37,365 bases of DNA from an uncultured Clostridia bacterium (GCA_944386145.1 CALWZZ010000002.1:1-37365), one strand, 5' to 3'; positions 8,674 to 17,929 are shown, counted from the first letter of the stretch. Notes: generated by a model from the sequence alone, not told the origin. A program made the numbers and translations.

Positions 8674-9393
8674 TCAAACAGATTCTAAAGCAAGTTTAAT
8701 CATTCTGTCTAGTCCATTTTCTCTTTCTTCAGAAGTAGCGGCTTCGGTTTTAAATCTTGAATCCACAACAGTCATTAAGCAAGTGGCTTTTTTATTTAAC
8801 AACTTTGCATTATAGCATAAAGCAAAAGCCTCCATTTCAGCACTTAAAGCATGAAAATCTTTAGGCACTCTTGCCATAAAACTATCAAAATCTTCTTGAG
8901 TCATATAAGGGTCAAAACAATCACTACAAATGGTGTTTCCTTCTATAACATGAATGTTGTTTTTACTTGCAACATCTTTTATTCTTGTATTTAGTTCTGG
9001 ATTAGCTTCTACAATATGACAATCTTCATTATGAAATGTTAAAGCAAAGTTACTTTCACTAAAAATAGATTTTGAAAGCACAATATCAAATAGATTTAAT
9101 TCAGGAACATAGGCTCCACAAGAACCAATTCGAATAATATTTTCAACTTCATAAAACTTAAATAATTCATAAGAATAAATTCCCATACTAGGCATTCCCA
9201 TTCCAGAAGCCATAACAGTTACGTCTTTTCCCTTATATGTTCCTGTATAGGCATAAATTCCTCTTACTTGATTAACTAACTTGGCATTTTCTAAGAAATT
9301 TTCGGCGATATGTTTTGCACGAAGTGGGTCACCAGGCATGATAACCGTTTTTGCAATATCTCCTAAATTTGCTTCATTATGTGGTGTAGACAT
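8674..9393 (-). CDS. deoD: Purine nucleoside phosphorylase, DeoD type
   Basis: 239 aa, PNP/UDP family: MPGDPLRAKHIAE, GMGMPSMGIYSYEL, SAEMEA. RBS AGGAGG. Confidence 0.9.
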   Translation of the reverse strand: MSTPHNEANLGDIAKTVIMPGDPLRAKHIAENFLENAKLVNQVRGIYAYTGTYKGKDVTVMASGMGMPSMGIYSYELFKFYEVENIIRIGSCGAYVPELNLFDIVLSKSIFSESNFALTFHNEDCHIVEANPELNTRIKDVASKNNIHVIEGNTICSDCFDPYMTQEDFDSFMARVPKDFHALSAEMEAFALCYNAKLLNKKATCLMTVVDSRFKTEAATSEERENGLDRMIKLALESV

Positions 9394-9566
9394 TTTTATT
9401 ACCTCCTATTGAATTTGAATATATTAGATATGTATAAAATAGTATAAACAAAATTTGATAAATGTATTCGGTTTATACGAATTGAGAAATACAAATCTAA
9501 AATGAGTATAACAATAAAATTATAAAAAAGCAATGACATTATTAAAGTTACAATTATTAGAAATCG

Positions 9567-9595
9567 TTGACTTTTAAAGATAAACATAATATAAT
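9567..9595 (+). promoter_or_regulatory. Candidate argS promoter (TTGACT-17-TATAAT)
   Basis: Near-consensus hexamers with a 17-nt spacer, about 60 nt upstream of the argS start. Confidence 0.6.
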
Positions 9596-9654
9596 CTTGT
9601 AAGAAAAAAGAACTTTAGAAACGATCATAAAAGTTCAAAGAAGGGAAGAGAAAT

Positions 9655-11361
9655 ATGATAGATTTTAAAAAGACAATTGCAAAATCCATAGCAGAAGCTA
9701 TAAAAATTGATGAAAAAGAATTAGAAACCTATATAGAAATACCAAAAGACACAAATAATGGAGATTATGCATTTCCATGTTTTAGACTAGCAAAAGAATT
9801 AAAAAAAGCACCGCCAATGATTGCCAATGACATTAAAAACAATATCAAAATAGATGAAAAATTTATAGAAAAAGTAGAAGTAGCAGGAGGATATCTAAAC
9901 TTTTATATCCAACAAAGTGTAATGGTAAAAGATGTGTTAGAAGAAATAGCAAATCAAGAAGAATATGGAAAATCAGAAATAGGAAAAGGAAAAAACATTA
10001 TTGTAGAATATTCAGCACCTAATATTGCAAAACCATTTCATATAGGACATCTAAGAACAACATTAATAGGAAACTCACTATATAGAATATATAAATATTT
10101 AGGATATCATACAATTGGAATCAATCATTTAGGAGATTATGGAACACAATTTGGCAAAATGATAGAAGCATATAAGATGTGGGGAGAAGAATATGATTTA
10201 TCAGTAGATCCAATAAATAAATTGATGGATATGTATGTTAGAATTAATGAACTTTGTAAAAAAGATGAAAACGTCCTTGAAAGATGTAGAGAAAATTTTA
10301 GACTATTAGAAGCAAAAGACCAATATTGTGTGGATTTATGGAATAAATTTAAAGATTTAAGTATGGTAGAATTTAATAAAATTTATGATATTTTAAATGT
10401 TAAATTTGATTCATACAAAGGAGAATCTTTCTATGCAGATAAAATGGATGAAGTAATAGAAAAACTAAATGAAAAAGGGGTATTAAAGGAATCAGAAGGT
10501 GCAAAAATTGTTGATTTAACAGATGTTGGAATAGATACACCATGTATTGTACAAAAAGCGAATGGTTCATCAATATATGCCACAAGAGATTTAGCAGCCA
10601 TCATGTATAGAGCAAAAACATATGATTTTGACAAATGTCTATATGTAGTTGCATATGAACAAAATCTATATTTTAAACAAATATTTGCAGTAGCAAGATA
10701 TTTAGTAGACGAAAAATATGTAAAAGGATTGGAACATGTATCATATGGAATGGTAAATCTTCCAACAGGAAAAATGTCAACAAGATTAGGAAATGTCGTA
10801 AAAATTGAGGATTTAATAAATGAAACAATAGAAAAAGCAAAAGAAATTATTATAGAAAAAAATCCAGAACTAAAAAACAAAGAAGAAGTTGCTAAAAAAG
10901 TTGGGGTAGGAGCGATTGTATACAATACACTTTCAACAACAACAATAAAAGATCAAATATTTGATTGGGACACAGCTTTGAACTTCCAAGGAGAAACAGG
11001 CCCATATATTCAATATACATATGTAAGAACGAAAAGTGTACTAGAAAAAGCAGGATATATTCCCAAAATAGGGGAAGTTAAGTTTGACAACTTGTTAGAT
11101 GAAACCTCAAAAAATTGTATAAAACTAATTTACAATTTTGAAAATACACTTGTGCAAGTAACGGAAAAAGAAGAACCATCAATTCTATCTAGATATCTAA
11201 TCGACTTGGCAAAAGCTTTTAGTAATTTCTATAATGATAACAAAATATTAGTAGAAGATAAAGATGTACAAAATGCTAGAGTTTATTTGACATACGCAGT
11301 TGGTAAGGTATTGAAAATAGGAGCAAATTTATTAGGAATCGAAATGCCAGATAAAATGTAA
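9655..11361 (+). CDS. argS: Arginine--tRNA ligase
   Basis: 568 aa. Class I HIGH motif (PFHIGHLR), KMSTR (KMSKS variant), and a C-terminal anticodon-binding DALR-type region. Confidence 0.95.
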   Translation: MIDFKKTIAKSIAEAIKIDEKELETYIEIPKDTNNGDYAFPCFRLAKELKKAPPMIANDIKNNIKIDEKFIEKVEVAGGYLNFYIQQSVMVKDVLEEIANQEEYGKSEIGKGKNIIVEYSAPNIAKPFHIGHLRTTLIGNSLYRIYKYLGYHTIGINHLGDYGTQFGKMIEAYKMWGEEYDLSVDPINKLMDMYVRINELCKKDENVLERCRENFRLLEAKDQYCVDLWNKFKDLSMVEFNKIYDILNVKFDSYKGESFYADKMDEVIEKLNEKGVLKESEGAKIVDLTDVGIDTPCIVQKANGSSIYATRDLAAIMYRAKTYDFDKCLYVVAYEQNLYFKQIFAVARYLVDEKYVKGLEHVSYGMVNLPTGKMSTRLGNVVKIEDLINETIEKAKEIIIEKNPELKNKEEVAKKVGVGAIVYNTLSTTTIKDQIFDWDTALNFQGETGPYIQYTYVRTKSVLEKAGYIPKIGEVKFDNLLDETSKNCIKLIYNFENTLVQVTEKEEPSILSRYLIDLAKAFSNFYNDNKILVEDKDVQNARVYLTYAVGKVLKIGANLLGIEMPDKM

Positions 11362-11507
11362 TTGTTAGATAAGCAAAAAATCTACATATGAGGAAAACAA
11401 GAGTAGATCTATTCTATACAATAAGATACAACAAATTGTTCATAAAAACAGGCAAAGTAAAATTAAAAATATAAAAAATTCCAAAAAATTACAAAAAAGA
11501 CTTGAAA

Positions 11508-11557
11508 AACATAGATAAACATGTTACAATACAAACATAATTTATCTATGTTTTTTA
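11508..11557 (+). terminator. Rho-independent terminator after argS (A- and T-tracts on both sides, so possibly bidirectional)
   Basis: 12-bp stem AACATAGATAAA/TTTATCTATGTT, 21-nt loop, then TTTTT. Confidence 0.75.
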
Positions 11558-11731
11558 TTCTAAGGATAGATTAGATTCATAATATATATTTTTTAATTTT
11601 TATTTTAGAAATTTGTTCAAAATTTTATAATCAAGTTTATTTTAGAATATCATCTATAATTCTAATAAAGTATATGTGAAAAATATACTTAGTTTAACTT
11701 CGACTTATTTCATTCGGAAAGGAGGGATTTC

Positions 11732-12349
11732 ATGGTAGATACAATAGAAAAATTATGGGAGAAAATGCAAGAAGAATTTGACAAAATAAATGGAAAATTT
11801 GCAGAACACGACAAACGATTCGACCAAATAGACGCAAAATTTGCAGAACATGACAAACGATTCGACCAAATAGACGCAAAATTTGCAGAACACGATAAAC
11901 GATTTGACCAAATAGACAGCAAACTTGTAGAACATGACAAAAAATTTGCAGAACATGACAAACGATTCGACCAAATAGACGCAAAATTTGCAGAACATGA
12001 TAAACGATTTGACCAAATAGACAGCAAACTTGTAGAACATGACAAAAAATTTGCAGAACACGACAAACGATTCGACCAAATAGACAAAAAATTTGCAGAA
12101 CACGATAAACGATTTGATAAACAAGACAAAAAACTTGAAGAACATGATGGAAGATTTAACAGTATAGAAAACAAATTAGATATTATGGTAAATGTAAATT
12201 TGGCACAAATCTTAAATGAACAAACAAGAACAAGGACAGAATTAACGAAAAAAATAGATGATTATATGGAAAAAAATGAATTTGAACATAAAGAAATAAA
12301 TCTAAAATTAGCAGAAGATGAAGAAAAATATAAATATTTATCTGATTAA
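11732..12349 (+). CDS. Heptad-repeat coiled-coil protein of unknown function (about 10 units of KFAEHDKRFDQIDA)
   Basis: Strong RBS GGAAAGGAGGG. The repeats differ mainly by synonymous changes (CAC/CAT, GAC/GAT, TTC/TTT), which supports translation. A non-repetitive C-terminal tail follows. Confidence 0.8.
   Translation: MVDTIEKLWEKMQEEFDKINGKFAEHDKRFDQIDAKFAEHDKRFDQIDAKFAEHDKRFDQIDSKLVEHDKKFAEHDKRFDQIDAKFAEHDKRFDQIDSKLVEHDKKFAEHDKRFDQIDKKFAEHDKRFDKQDKKLEEHDGRFNSIENKLDIMVNVNLAQILNEQTRTRTELTKKIDDYMEKNEFEHKEINLKLAEDEEKYKYLSD
11795..12172 (+). repeat. In-frame 42-bp tandem repeat array with two 21-bp half units and a higher-order 105-bp duplication
   Basis: The unit AAATTTGCAGAACAYGAYAAACGATTYGACCAAATAGACGCA and its variants were read directly from the sequence. 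Confidence 0.9.
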
Positions 12350-12375
12350 AAAGTAGAATAAAAACATAGATAAAG

Positions 12376-12434
12376 GAAAGAGAAGAACATATATCCTCCC
12401 TTAAAGAATGGTATATAGTAAACTTCTCTTTTTT
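12376..12434 (+). terminator. Probable terminator after the repeat-protein gene
   Basis: AAAGAGAAG / CTTCTCTTT stem followed by TTTTATTTT. The loop is long (37 nt). Confidence 0.5.
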
Positions 12435-12447
12435 ATTTTATAAAAAA

Positions 12448-12476
12448 CTTGTAAAAAAATAAATCAAATAGTATAA
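12448..12476 (+). promoter_or_regulatory. Candidate promoter of the LCP gene (TTGTAA-17-TATAAT)
   Basis: Hexamers at 12448-12453 and 12471-12476. This would place structured repeat copy 2 inside the 5' UTR. Confidence 0.55.
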
Positions 12477-12518
12477 TATAAAAGAATTATAAAAAATATG
12501 CGAAAACAAAATATGATT

Positions 12519-12602
12519 ATCTAATACGCTTCTTGCTAGACCTTAAATTAATATAGTAAATGTTAAAAAGTGAAGAAAAGGACTAGCGAAGCTAGATTCG
12601 TT
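12519..12602. repeat. Structured intergenic repeat, copy 2, ending 20 nt upstream of the LCP start codon
   Basis: Aligns with 7083-7167 with a few substitutions and one indel. Similarity extends upstream to about 12500. Confidence 0.8.
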
Positions 12603-12622
12603 AAAATCAAGGAGGAAAAAAC

Positions 12623-13666
12623 ATGAGTAGAAATCATGAAAAAACAGGAAGAAAAGGATTAAAAATATTTGGAATTATTGTACTAATTTTAGTAATTCTT
12701 TTAGTTTTAATAGTAGGAAGTGTATTTATTTTTATAAATAGTAAATTAAGCAAAATACAACAAGTAACGATTGATGAAACCGATTTGGGTGTGTCTTCAC
12801 AAGCAGAAGAAAATTTGTCAGGATACAGAAATATTGCCTTATTTGGAATAGACAGTAGAGATAGTAGCTTAGGAAGAGGAAACAGAAGTGACTGCATTAT
12901 CATAGCAAGCATTAATAATAAAACGAAAGAAGTAAAACTGATTTCAGTATATAGAGATACCTATGTTAATATTGAAGGACATGGCTTAGATAAAATTACA
13001 CATGCCTATTCTTATGGAGAAGCACCATTAGCTTTAAAAACATTAAATGAAAACTTTGATCTAAATATAACCGAATTTGCAACTGTAAATTTTGACGCAG
13101 TAGCAGAAGCTATTAATGCATTAGGCGGTGTAACTATAGATGTTCAACCAGAAGAAGTAGAATATATCAATGATTATATTGGAGAAACTTCAAAGGTAAC
13201 AGGGCTATCTACAGAAAAAGTAACTTCAGCAGGAACACAAACTTTAGACGGTGTACAAGCTGTAGCATATTCAAGAATTCGATATACAGAAGGTGGAGAC
13301 TACAAAAGAGCAGAAAGAATGAGAACAGTTGTAGAAGCAATGGTAGAAAAATTTAAAACAAAAAGTATTAGTGAAATGAATCAAATTATAGATAAAATTT
13401 TGCCAGAAGTGTATACAAACATAACTTCAAGCGACATCTTTTCACTATTACCAAGCATAGCAAGTTTTAAAGTTACAGATAGCATTGGATGGCCATATGA
13501 GACAAGAGGAATTACACTAGATAGATGGTATGGGGTACCAGTCACATTAGAAAGTAATGTTCAAAGATTACATCAAGAAGCTTTTGGAGAAACGGATTAT
13601 ACACCATCAGACAGAGTAAAAGAAATTAGTAATCAAATTATTGAAACAACAGGATATACACAATAG
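12623..13666 (+). CDS. LytR-CpsA-Psr (LCP) family cell-wall glycopolymer transferase
   Basis: N-terminal TM anchor, LCP core motifs (FGIDSR...RSDCIIIASI, ISVYRDTYV), and a position ahead of the polysaccharide locus. Confidence 0.9.
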   Translation: MSRNHEKTGRKGLKIFGIIVLILVILLVLIVGSVFIFINSKLSKIQQVTIDETDLGVSSQAEENLSGYRNIALFGIDSRDSSLGRGNRSDCIIIASINNKTKEVKLISVYRDTYVNIEGHGLDKITHAYSYGEAPLALKTLNENFDLNITEFATVNFDAVAEAINALGGVTIDVQPEEVEYINDYIGETSKVTGLSTEKVTSAGTQTLDGVQAVAYSRIRYTEGGDYKRAERMRTVVEAMVEKFKTKSISEMNQIIDKILPEVYTNITSSDIFSLLPSIASFKVTDSIGWPYETRGITLDRWYGVPVTLESNVQRLHQEAFGETDYTPSDRVKEISNQIIETTGYTQ

Positions 13667-13667
13667 A

Positions 13668-13795
13668 TTGGTTGGGAAATAATTACAATTTTGGCGTTGT
13701 CAAACTTCATTTGAAATTTAATCAACGTACAAAAAGTACGCCTCATAAATTTCAAATTCGTTTTCCTAGCCAAAATTTAATTCTTTTCCAACCAA
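13668..13795. repeat. 128-bp imperfect palindrome immediately after the LCP stop codon
   Basis: TTGGTTGG / CCAACCAA termini, TTTTGGC/GCCAAAA, TTTGAAATTTA/TAAATTTCAAA, and apex CGTACaaaaaGTACG. Confidence 0.75.
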
Positions 13796-13932
13796 GAGAG
13801 CTTTAGGAAAAGAATGTGAAAAAAATGAAAGATGATAAAATAAAAAACACAGACACAGATTATGATTAGAGTCAAAACTCTAATCATATTTCATGGCGAG
13901 AGAAAATATCTAAAAAGTGAGGAATTCAAGAG

Positions 13933-14433
13933 ATGAAAACAAACATATTTAGGGGAATTATGGCAATTTTACTCATTTGTACACTTTTTACAATATTTGA
14001 ATTTTCTAGTCAAAATGGAACACAATCAAAGGGAATTAGTACAAGAGTAACAGAATATATATTACAATTTAGTTCTCGATATCAAGAAGCAGATACAAAA
14101 GAAAAAACACAAATACGAAATAAAACAAATGCTATTATACGAAAATTAGCTCATTTTTCAATATACACACTATTAGGATTGTTTATGATGGGAATCATGA
14201 CGAGAACAAAATTAAGAGACAAATGGAGAATTTGCATAACAATAGGATTTGGAATATTATATGCAATTTTAGACGAATTCCATCAAAGTTTTTCACCTGG
14301 AAGAACACCGAAAGTTACAGATGTATATATTGATACTTTAGGTGTTATATTGGGGATTTTATTGGTATTGTTAGTAAGAGGAATTTATAAAAAAATACGA
14401 CAAAAAGATTACAATAATATTACAGAAAAATGA
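13933..14433 (+). CDS. VanZ family membrane protein
   Basis: Four TM segments and the VanZ signature DEFHQSFSPGRTPKVTDVYIDTLG. Confidence 0.85.
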   Translation: MKTNIFRGIMAILLICTLFTIFEFSSQNGTQSKGISTRVTEYILQFSSRYQEADTKEKTQIRNKTNAIIRKLAHFSIYTLLGLFMMGIMTRTKLRDKWRICITIGFGILYAILDEFHQSFSPGRTPKVTDVYIDTLGVILGILLVLLVRGIYKKIRQKDYNNITEK

Positions 14434-14465
14434 CAATAAAGTAGAAAAATGTTATAAAAAAGGTA

Positions 14466-14494
14466 TTTACATAATTGCTTGAGTGTAGTATAAT
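14466..14494 (+). promoter_or_regulatory. Candidate promoter of the polysaccharide operon (TTTACA-17-TATAAT)
   Basis: Hexamers at 14466-14471 and 14489-14494, about 50 nt upstream of the priming transferase gene. Confidence 0.6.
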
Positions 14495-14543
14495 GTTGTT
14501 GGCAAAAAAAGGAGAAAAATGAATTTTTAGGGGGAAATAAAAG

Positions 14544-15260
14544 ATGGATGTCAGAAATGATGTGATATTATCATATGGAGACGATAATATCGAAAATTTA
14601 GCACTGATACCTAAACATATCGAAAGAAGCAGAGCAATTTTAAGATTGGAAAAAATTGCTAAAAGATTTCTAGATATTTTAGGTGGTTTTTGCGGTCTAT
14701 TGGTATTAATACCATTGACGATTGGTATATGGATAGCTAATAAGGTATCAAAAGAAGACGGACCAGTATTTTTTACACAAGAAAGAATCGGACAAAACGG
14801 AAAAATATTTAAAATGTACAAATTTCGCTCTATGGTAGTGGGAGCAGATGAAAAGCTAAAACACTACTTAGAAGAAAATGAAGAAGCTAGAGAAGAATAC
14901 AAAAAATATAAAAAACTAAAAAACGACCCAAGAATAACAAAAATAGGAAAATTTATCAGAAAAACAAGCTTAGATGAATTTCCTCAATTTATAAACGTAC
15001 TAAAAGGAGAAATGAGTTTAGTAGGGCCACGACCATACTTACCAAGAGAAAAAGAAGAAATTAATGGATTCTTCAAATACATAACATCTTGCAAACCAGG
15101 TATTACTGGTTTATGGCAAACAAATGGAAGAAGCGATACAACATTTACAGAAAGATTAACTTTAGATATGGAATATTATTATAACCATACATTAAAGACA
15201 GATGTTAAATTGATTTATAAAACAGTAGAAAATGTAGTAAAAAAAGAAGGAGCTATATAG
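14544..15260 (+). CDS. Undecaprenyl-phosphate sugar phosphotransferase (small monotopic priming transferase, WbaP/CpsE C-terminal type)
   Basis: Bacterial sugar transferase motifs KFRSM, DPRITKIG.FIRKTSLDEFPQF.NVLKGEMSLVGPRP and PGITGLWQ. Confidence 0.9.
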   Translation: MDVRNDVILSYGDDNIENLALIPKHIERSRAILRLEKIAKRFLDILGGFCGLLVLIPLTIGIWIANKVSKEDGPVFFTQERIGQNGKIFKMYKFRSMVVGADEKLKHYLEENEEAREEYKKYKKLKNDPRITKIGKFIRKTSLDEFPQFINVLKGEMSLVGPRPYLPREKEEINGFFKYITSCKPGITGLWQTNGRSDTTFTERLTLDMEYYYNHTLKTDVKLIYKTVENVVKKEGAI

Positions 15261-15261
15261 A

Positions 15262-16119
15262 ATGACGATTGAGATTATTTGTCCTCTATATAAGGCAGAA
15301 AAGTATATAGAAAAATTACATAAAAGTCTTATAATGCAAGAAAAAGTAAATATTAGTAATATAAGGTATATTGTTACAAAAAGCAATGATAACACAACAA
15401 AGATTTTAGATGATTTAAATATAAACTATGAGGAAATTTTACCAAGTGAATTTTCGCATAGTTTAACGAGAGAAAAAGCAGCAAAAGAATCTAAAGCAGA
15501 TATTATTGTTTTTATTACACAAGATATCATAATAAAAGATAAATTATGGTTATATTATTTAACAAAAGATATCATTGAAGGAAAATGTGAAGAAACTTAT
15601 AGTAGACAGATTGCAAAGGATAATGGAATAGAAAAATATACTAGAGAAAGAAATTATCCAGAGCAATCTAGAATTTTTACAAAAAAAGATGTAGAAAATT
15701 TAGGTATTAAAGCATTTTTTTCATCAGATGCTTCATCAGCAATCAAAAGGGAGATATTCAACAAATTGAATTATTATGATGGAAAAAATTTACCTACAAG
15801 CGAAGATATGTATATTACATATAAACTAATTATGAATGGCTATACTGTAAAATATTGTGCAGATTCAGTAATTTACCATTCACATGATTACGGCATTAAG
15901 GAAAATTATAAAAAGTATTATGATATAGGTAAATTTTTTAAACAAAATAGTTATTTAAATGAATATCAAGTAACAAAAGCTGGTGGCGGAATGGCAAAAT
16001 ATATCTTGAAACGTGCTATTCAAGATAAAAATTGGAAAGTAATATTTAAGTTTTTTCCCAATATGGTTTCAAGATTTATCGGAATGCAGGTGGGAAAAAT
16101 GAGCAAAAAAGAGGGATAA
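15262..16119 (+). CDS. Glycosyltransferase family 2 (rhamnosyltransferase-like)
   Basis: N-terminal GT-A pattern (IICPLYKAEKYI), DxD-like region (SEDMY), tightly packed in the operon. Confidence 0.75.
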   Translation: MTIEIICPLYKAEKYIEKLHKSLIMQEKVNISNIRYIVTKSNDNTTKILDDLNINYEEILPSEFSHSLTREKAAKESKADIIVFITQDIIIKDKLWLYYLTKDIIEGKCEETYSRQIAKDNGIEKYTRERNYPEQSRIFTKKDVENLGIKAFFSSDASSAIKREIFNKLNYYDGKNLPTSEDMYITYKLIMNGYTVKYCADSVIYHSHDYGIKENYKKYYDIGKFFKQNSYLNEYQVTKAGGGMAKYILKRAIQDKNWKVIFKFFPNMVSRFIGMQVGKMSKKEG

Positions 16120-16120
16120 C

Positions 16121-17290
16121 ATGAATGTCAAAACAGTAGTTATTGTAAATGACTTTAACTATGTTCAAGGAGGAGCAAGTAAAGTTGCTATAGATACAGC
16201 GAAGATGTTAAAAGAAGCAAATCTTGATGTTTACTTCTTTTCTGCTGTTCACAAAAAAGAAGAGGAAATAGAAGGAATAACATATATTTCGACAAATCAG
16301 CAAGAAGCATTGAAAGAAAAGAATAAATTAAAAGGTATTTTTAATGGAATATACAATTTTAAAGCAAAAAAAGAATTAAAAAAATTATTAGAAACATTAG
16401 ATAAAGAAACAACAGTAATTCATGTTCATGGGTGGACAAAGGCATTATCTAGTAGTGTATTTGATATTGCATTTAAAATGAAATTTAAAGTGGTATTAAC
16501 ATTACATGATTACTTTACAGCATGCCCTAATGGTGGATATTTTAACTATCCACAAAATGAAATATGTCATTTAAAACCACTAAGTTGGAAATGTATAAAA
16601 TGTAATTGTGATTCAAGAAATTATGGATTTAAATTATATAGAGTACTAAGGCAATTTGTTCAAAACAAAATTGTCAAATTAAATGATAAACTAGAATATG
16701 CTATTTCTATTTCAGATTTTAGTGAAAAAATCTTAAAACCAACATTAGGGAAAAATACAAAAATTACAAAAATATATAATCCGATAGATATAGACGAAAA
16801 TATAGAAAAAATTGACCCAAGTAAAAATGAGTATTACCTATATGTAGGCAGAGTATCAAAAGAAAAAGGTGTTGATTTATTCTGCCAAGCTATAACTGAT
16901 TTGAATTATAAAGGAATTGTTGTGGGAGACGGCGACGAAAAAGAAAAATTAGAAAAACAATTTCCTAATATAGAGTTTGTTGGTTGGAAAAATAAAGATG
17001 AAGTGAATGAATATATGAAATGTGCTAGAGCTTTGATTTTTCCTAGTAGGTGGTATGAAACAGCAGGTTTAACAGTTTTAGAAGCACAGGCAATTGGAAT
17101 ACCTTGCATAGTGAATGAATGTTGTGCAGCAAAAGAATTTGTTAGTGAGAAAAATGGTTATTTATTCAGTAATGTTAATGAACTAAAAGAACAAATAGTA
17201 AAAGTAAATAGTAGAAAAGAATTTATTGTAGAAAGACTTTATAAAAATGATTATAAATATGAAATAATGCATTTTTTAAATAGTATTTAG
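16121..17290 (+). CDS. Glycosyltransferase family 4 (GT-B fold)
   Basis: C-terminal GRVSKEKG and the EX7E region (SRWYETAGLTVLEAQAIGIPCIV). Confidence 0.85.
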   Translation: MNVKTVVIVNDFNYVQGGASKVAIDTAKMLKEANLDVYFFSAVHKKEEEIEGITYISTNQQEALKEKNKLKGIFNGIYNFKAKKELKKLLETLDKETTVIHVHGWTKALSSSVFDIAFKMKFKVVLTLHDYFTACPNGGYFNYPQNEICHLKPLSWKCIKCNCDSRNYGFKLYRVLRQFVQNKIVKLNDKLEYAISISDFSEKILKPTLGKNTKITKIYNPIDIDENIEKIDPSKNEYYLYVGRVSKEKGVDLFCQAITDLNYKGIVVGDGDEKEKLEKQFPNIEFVGWKNKDEVNEYMKCARALIFPSRWYETAGLTVLEAQAIGIPCIVNECCAAKEFVSEKNGYLFSNVNELKEQIVKVNSRKEFIVERLYKNDYKYEIMHFLNSI

Positions 17291-17305
17291 GTGAGGGAAG
17301 ATATA

Positions 17306-17929
17306 ATGCAAATAAAAAAAATATTACTAAAAATATACAAAAGTACAATCGGTGTTGTAAATAATAAAAGATTAAAGAATAAAAATTTTACAATTATTTC
17401 AAATAATTGTTGGGCTGGTATTTTCTATCGAAATAATAATTTGGAATACTTATCACCTACCTTGGGATTATTTTTTATGGCAGAAGATTATATAAAATTT
17501 ATATATAATATAAAATACTATATTAATGAAGATTTACAATTTATCAATATAGAAGATTCAAAATATAAAAATTATTTAAAAAAATTAAATTATAATAGTC
17601 CAATAGGTAGAATTGATGACATTGAAATAATGTTTTTGCACTATAGTTCTGAAAAAGAAGCTAAAGAAAAGTGGGATAGAAGAAAACAAAGAATTAATTG
17701 GGATAATATTATATATAAATTTTCTGATCAGAATATGTGTACATATGAACATATAAAAAAATTTGATGAGTTTAAAGCGAAAAATAAAATATTATTTACT
17801 ACAAGAAAATACGAAGGAATTAATTCTATACAAATAAAAGAATTTAGTAAAAGTGAAAGTGTAATGGACGATATAAAAACATATAAGAAATATTTTAATT
17901 TTTATAAATATTTAAATAAACTAAATTAA
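17306..17929 (+). CDS. DUF1919-family exopolysaccharide biosynthesis protein
   Basis: Signature FTIISNNCWAGIFY. The ATG at 17306 follows GAGGGA. The GTG at 17291 in the ORF track is a less likely start. Confidence 0.7.
   Translation: MQIKKILLKIYKSTIGVVNNKRLKNKNFTIISNNCWAGIFYRNNNLEYLSPTLGLFFMAEDYIKFIYNIKYYINEDLQFINIEDSKYKNYLKKLNYNSPIGRIDDIEIMFLHYSSEKEAKEKWDRRKQRINWDNIIYKFSDQNMCTYEHIKKFDEFKAKNKILFTTRKYEGINSIQIKEFSKSESVMDDIKTYKKYFNFYKYLNKLN

Noticed and set aside
8624-8815. ORFs lying inside or across the palindromic elements (8624-8815 plus strand, 32060-32272 plus strand)
   Set aside because: They start inside repeat arms, run antisense to well-supported genes (deoD, asd), and have no RBS.
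9399-9587. 62-codon minus-strand ORF upstream of deoD
   Set aside because: - It is a hydrophobic, low-complexity translation of AT-rich promoter DNA.
- Its stop overlaps the deoD RBS, and it has no RBS of its own.
- It covers the argS promoter. It is probably spurious.
9394-9654. Possible T-box leader upstream of argS
   Set aside because: - The best promoter is only about 60 nt from the start codon.
- No specifier-loop, T-box or terminator-antiterminator arrangement is visible.
11795-12172. A regular 42-bp repeat array that might be taken for a CRISPR array or another non-coding tandem repeat
   Set aside because: - The units are contiguous with no unique spacers.
- They stay in frame within a 205-codon ORF that has a strong RBS.
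- They differ mainly at synonymous positions.
- This is a coding repeat.
11506-12373. 15-nt direct repeat AAAAACATAGATAAA flanking the repeat-protein gene (11506-11520 and 12359-12373), a possible target-site duplication or insertion scar
   Set aside because: - It is a single short A-rich match in a very AT-rich window, which is within chance expectation.
- The first copy is simply the 5' arm of the argS terminator.
- There are no other mobile-element hallmarks.
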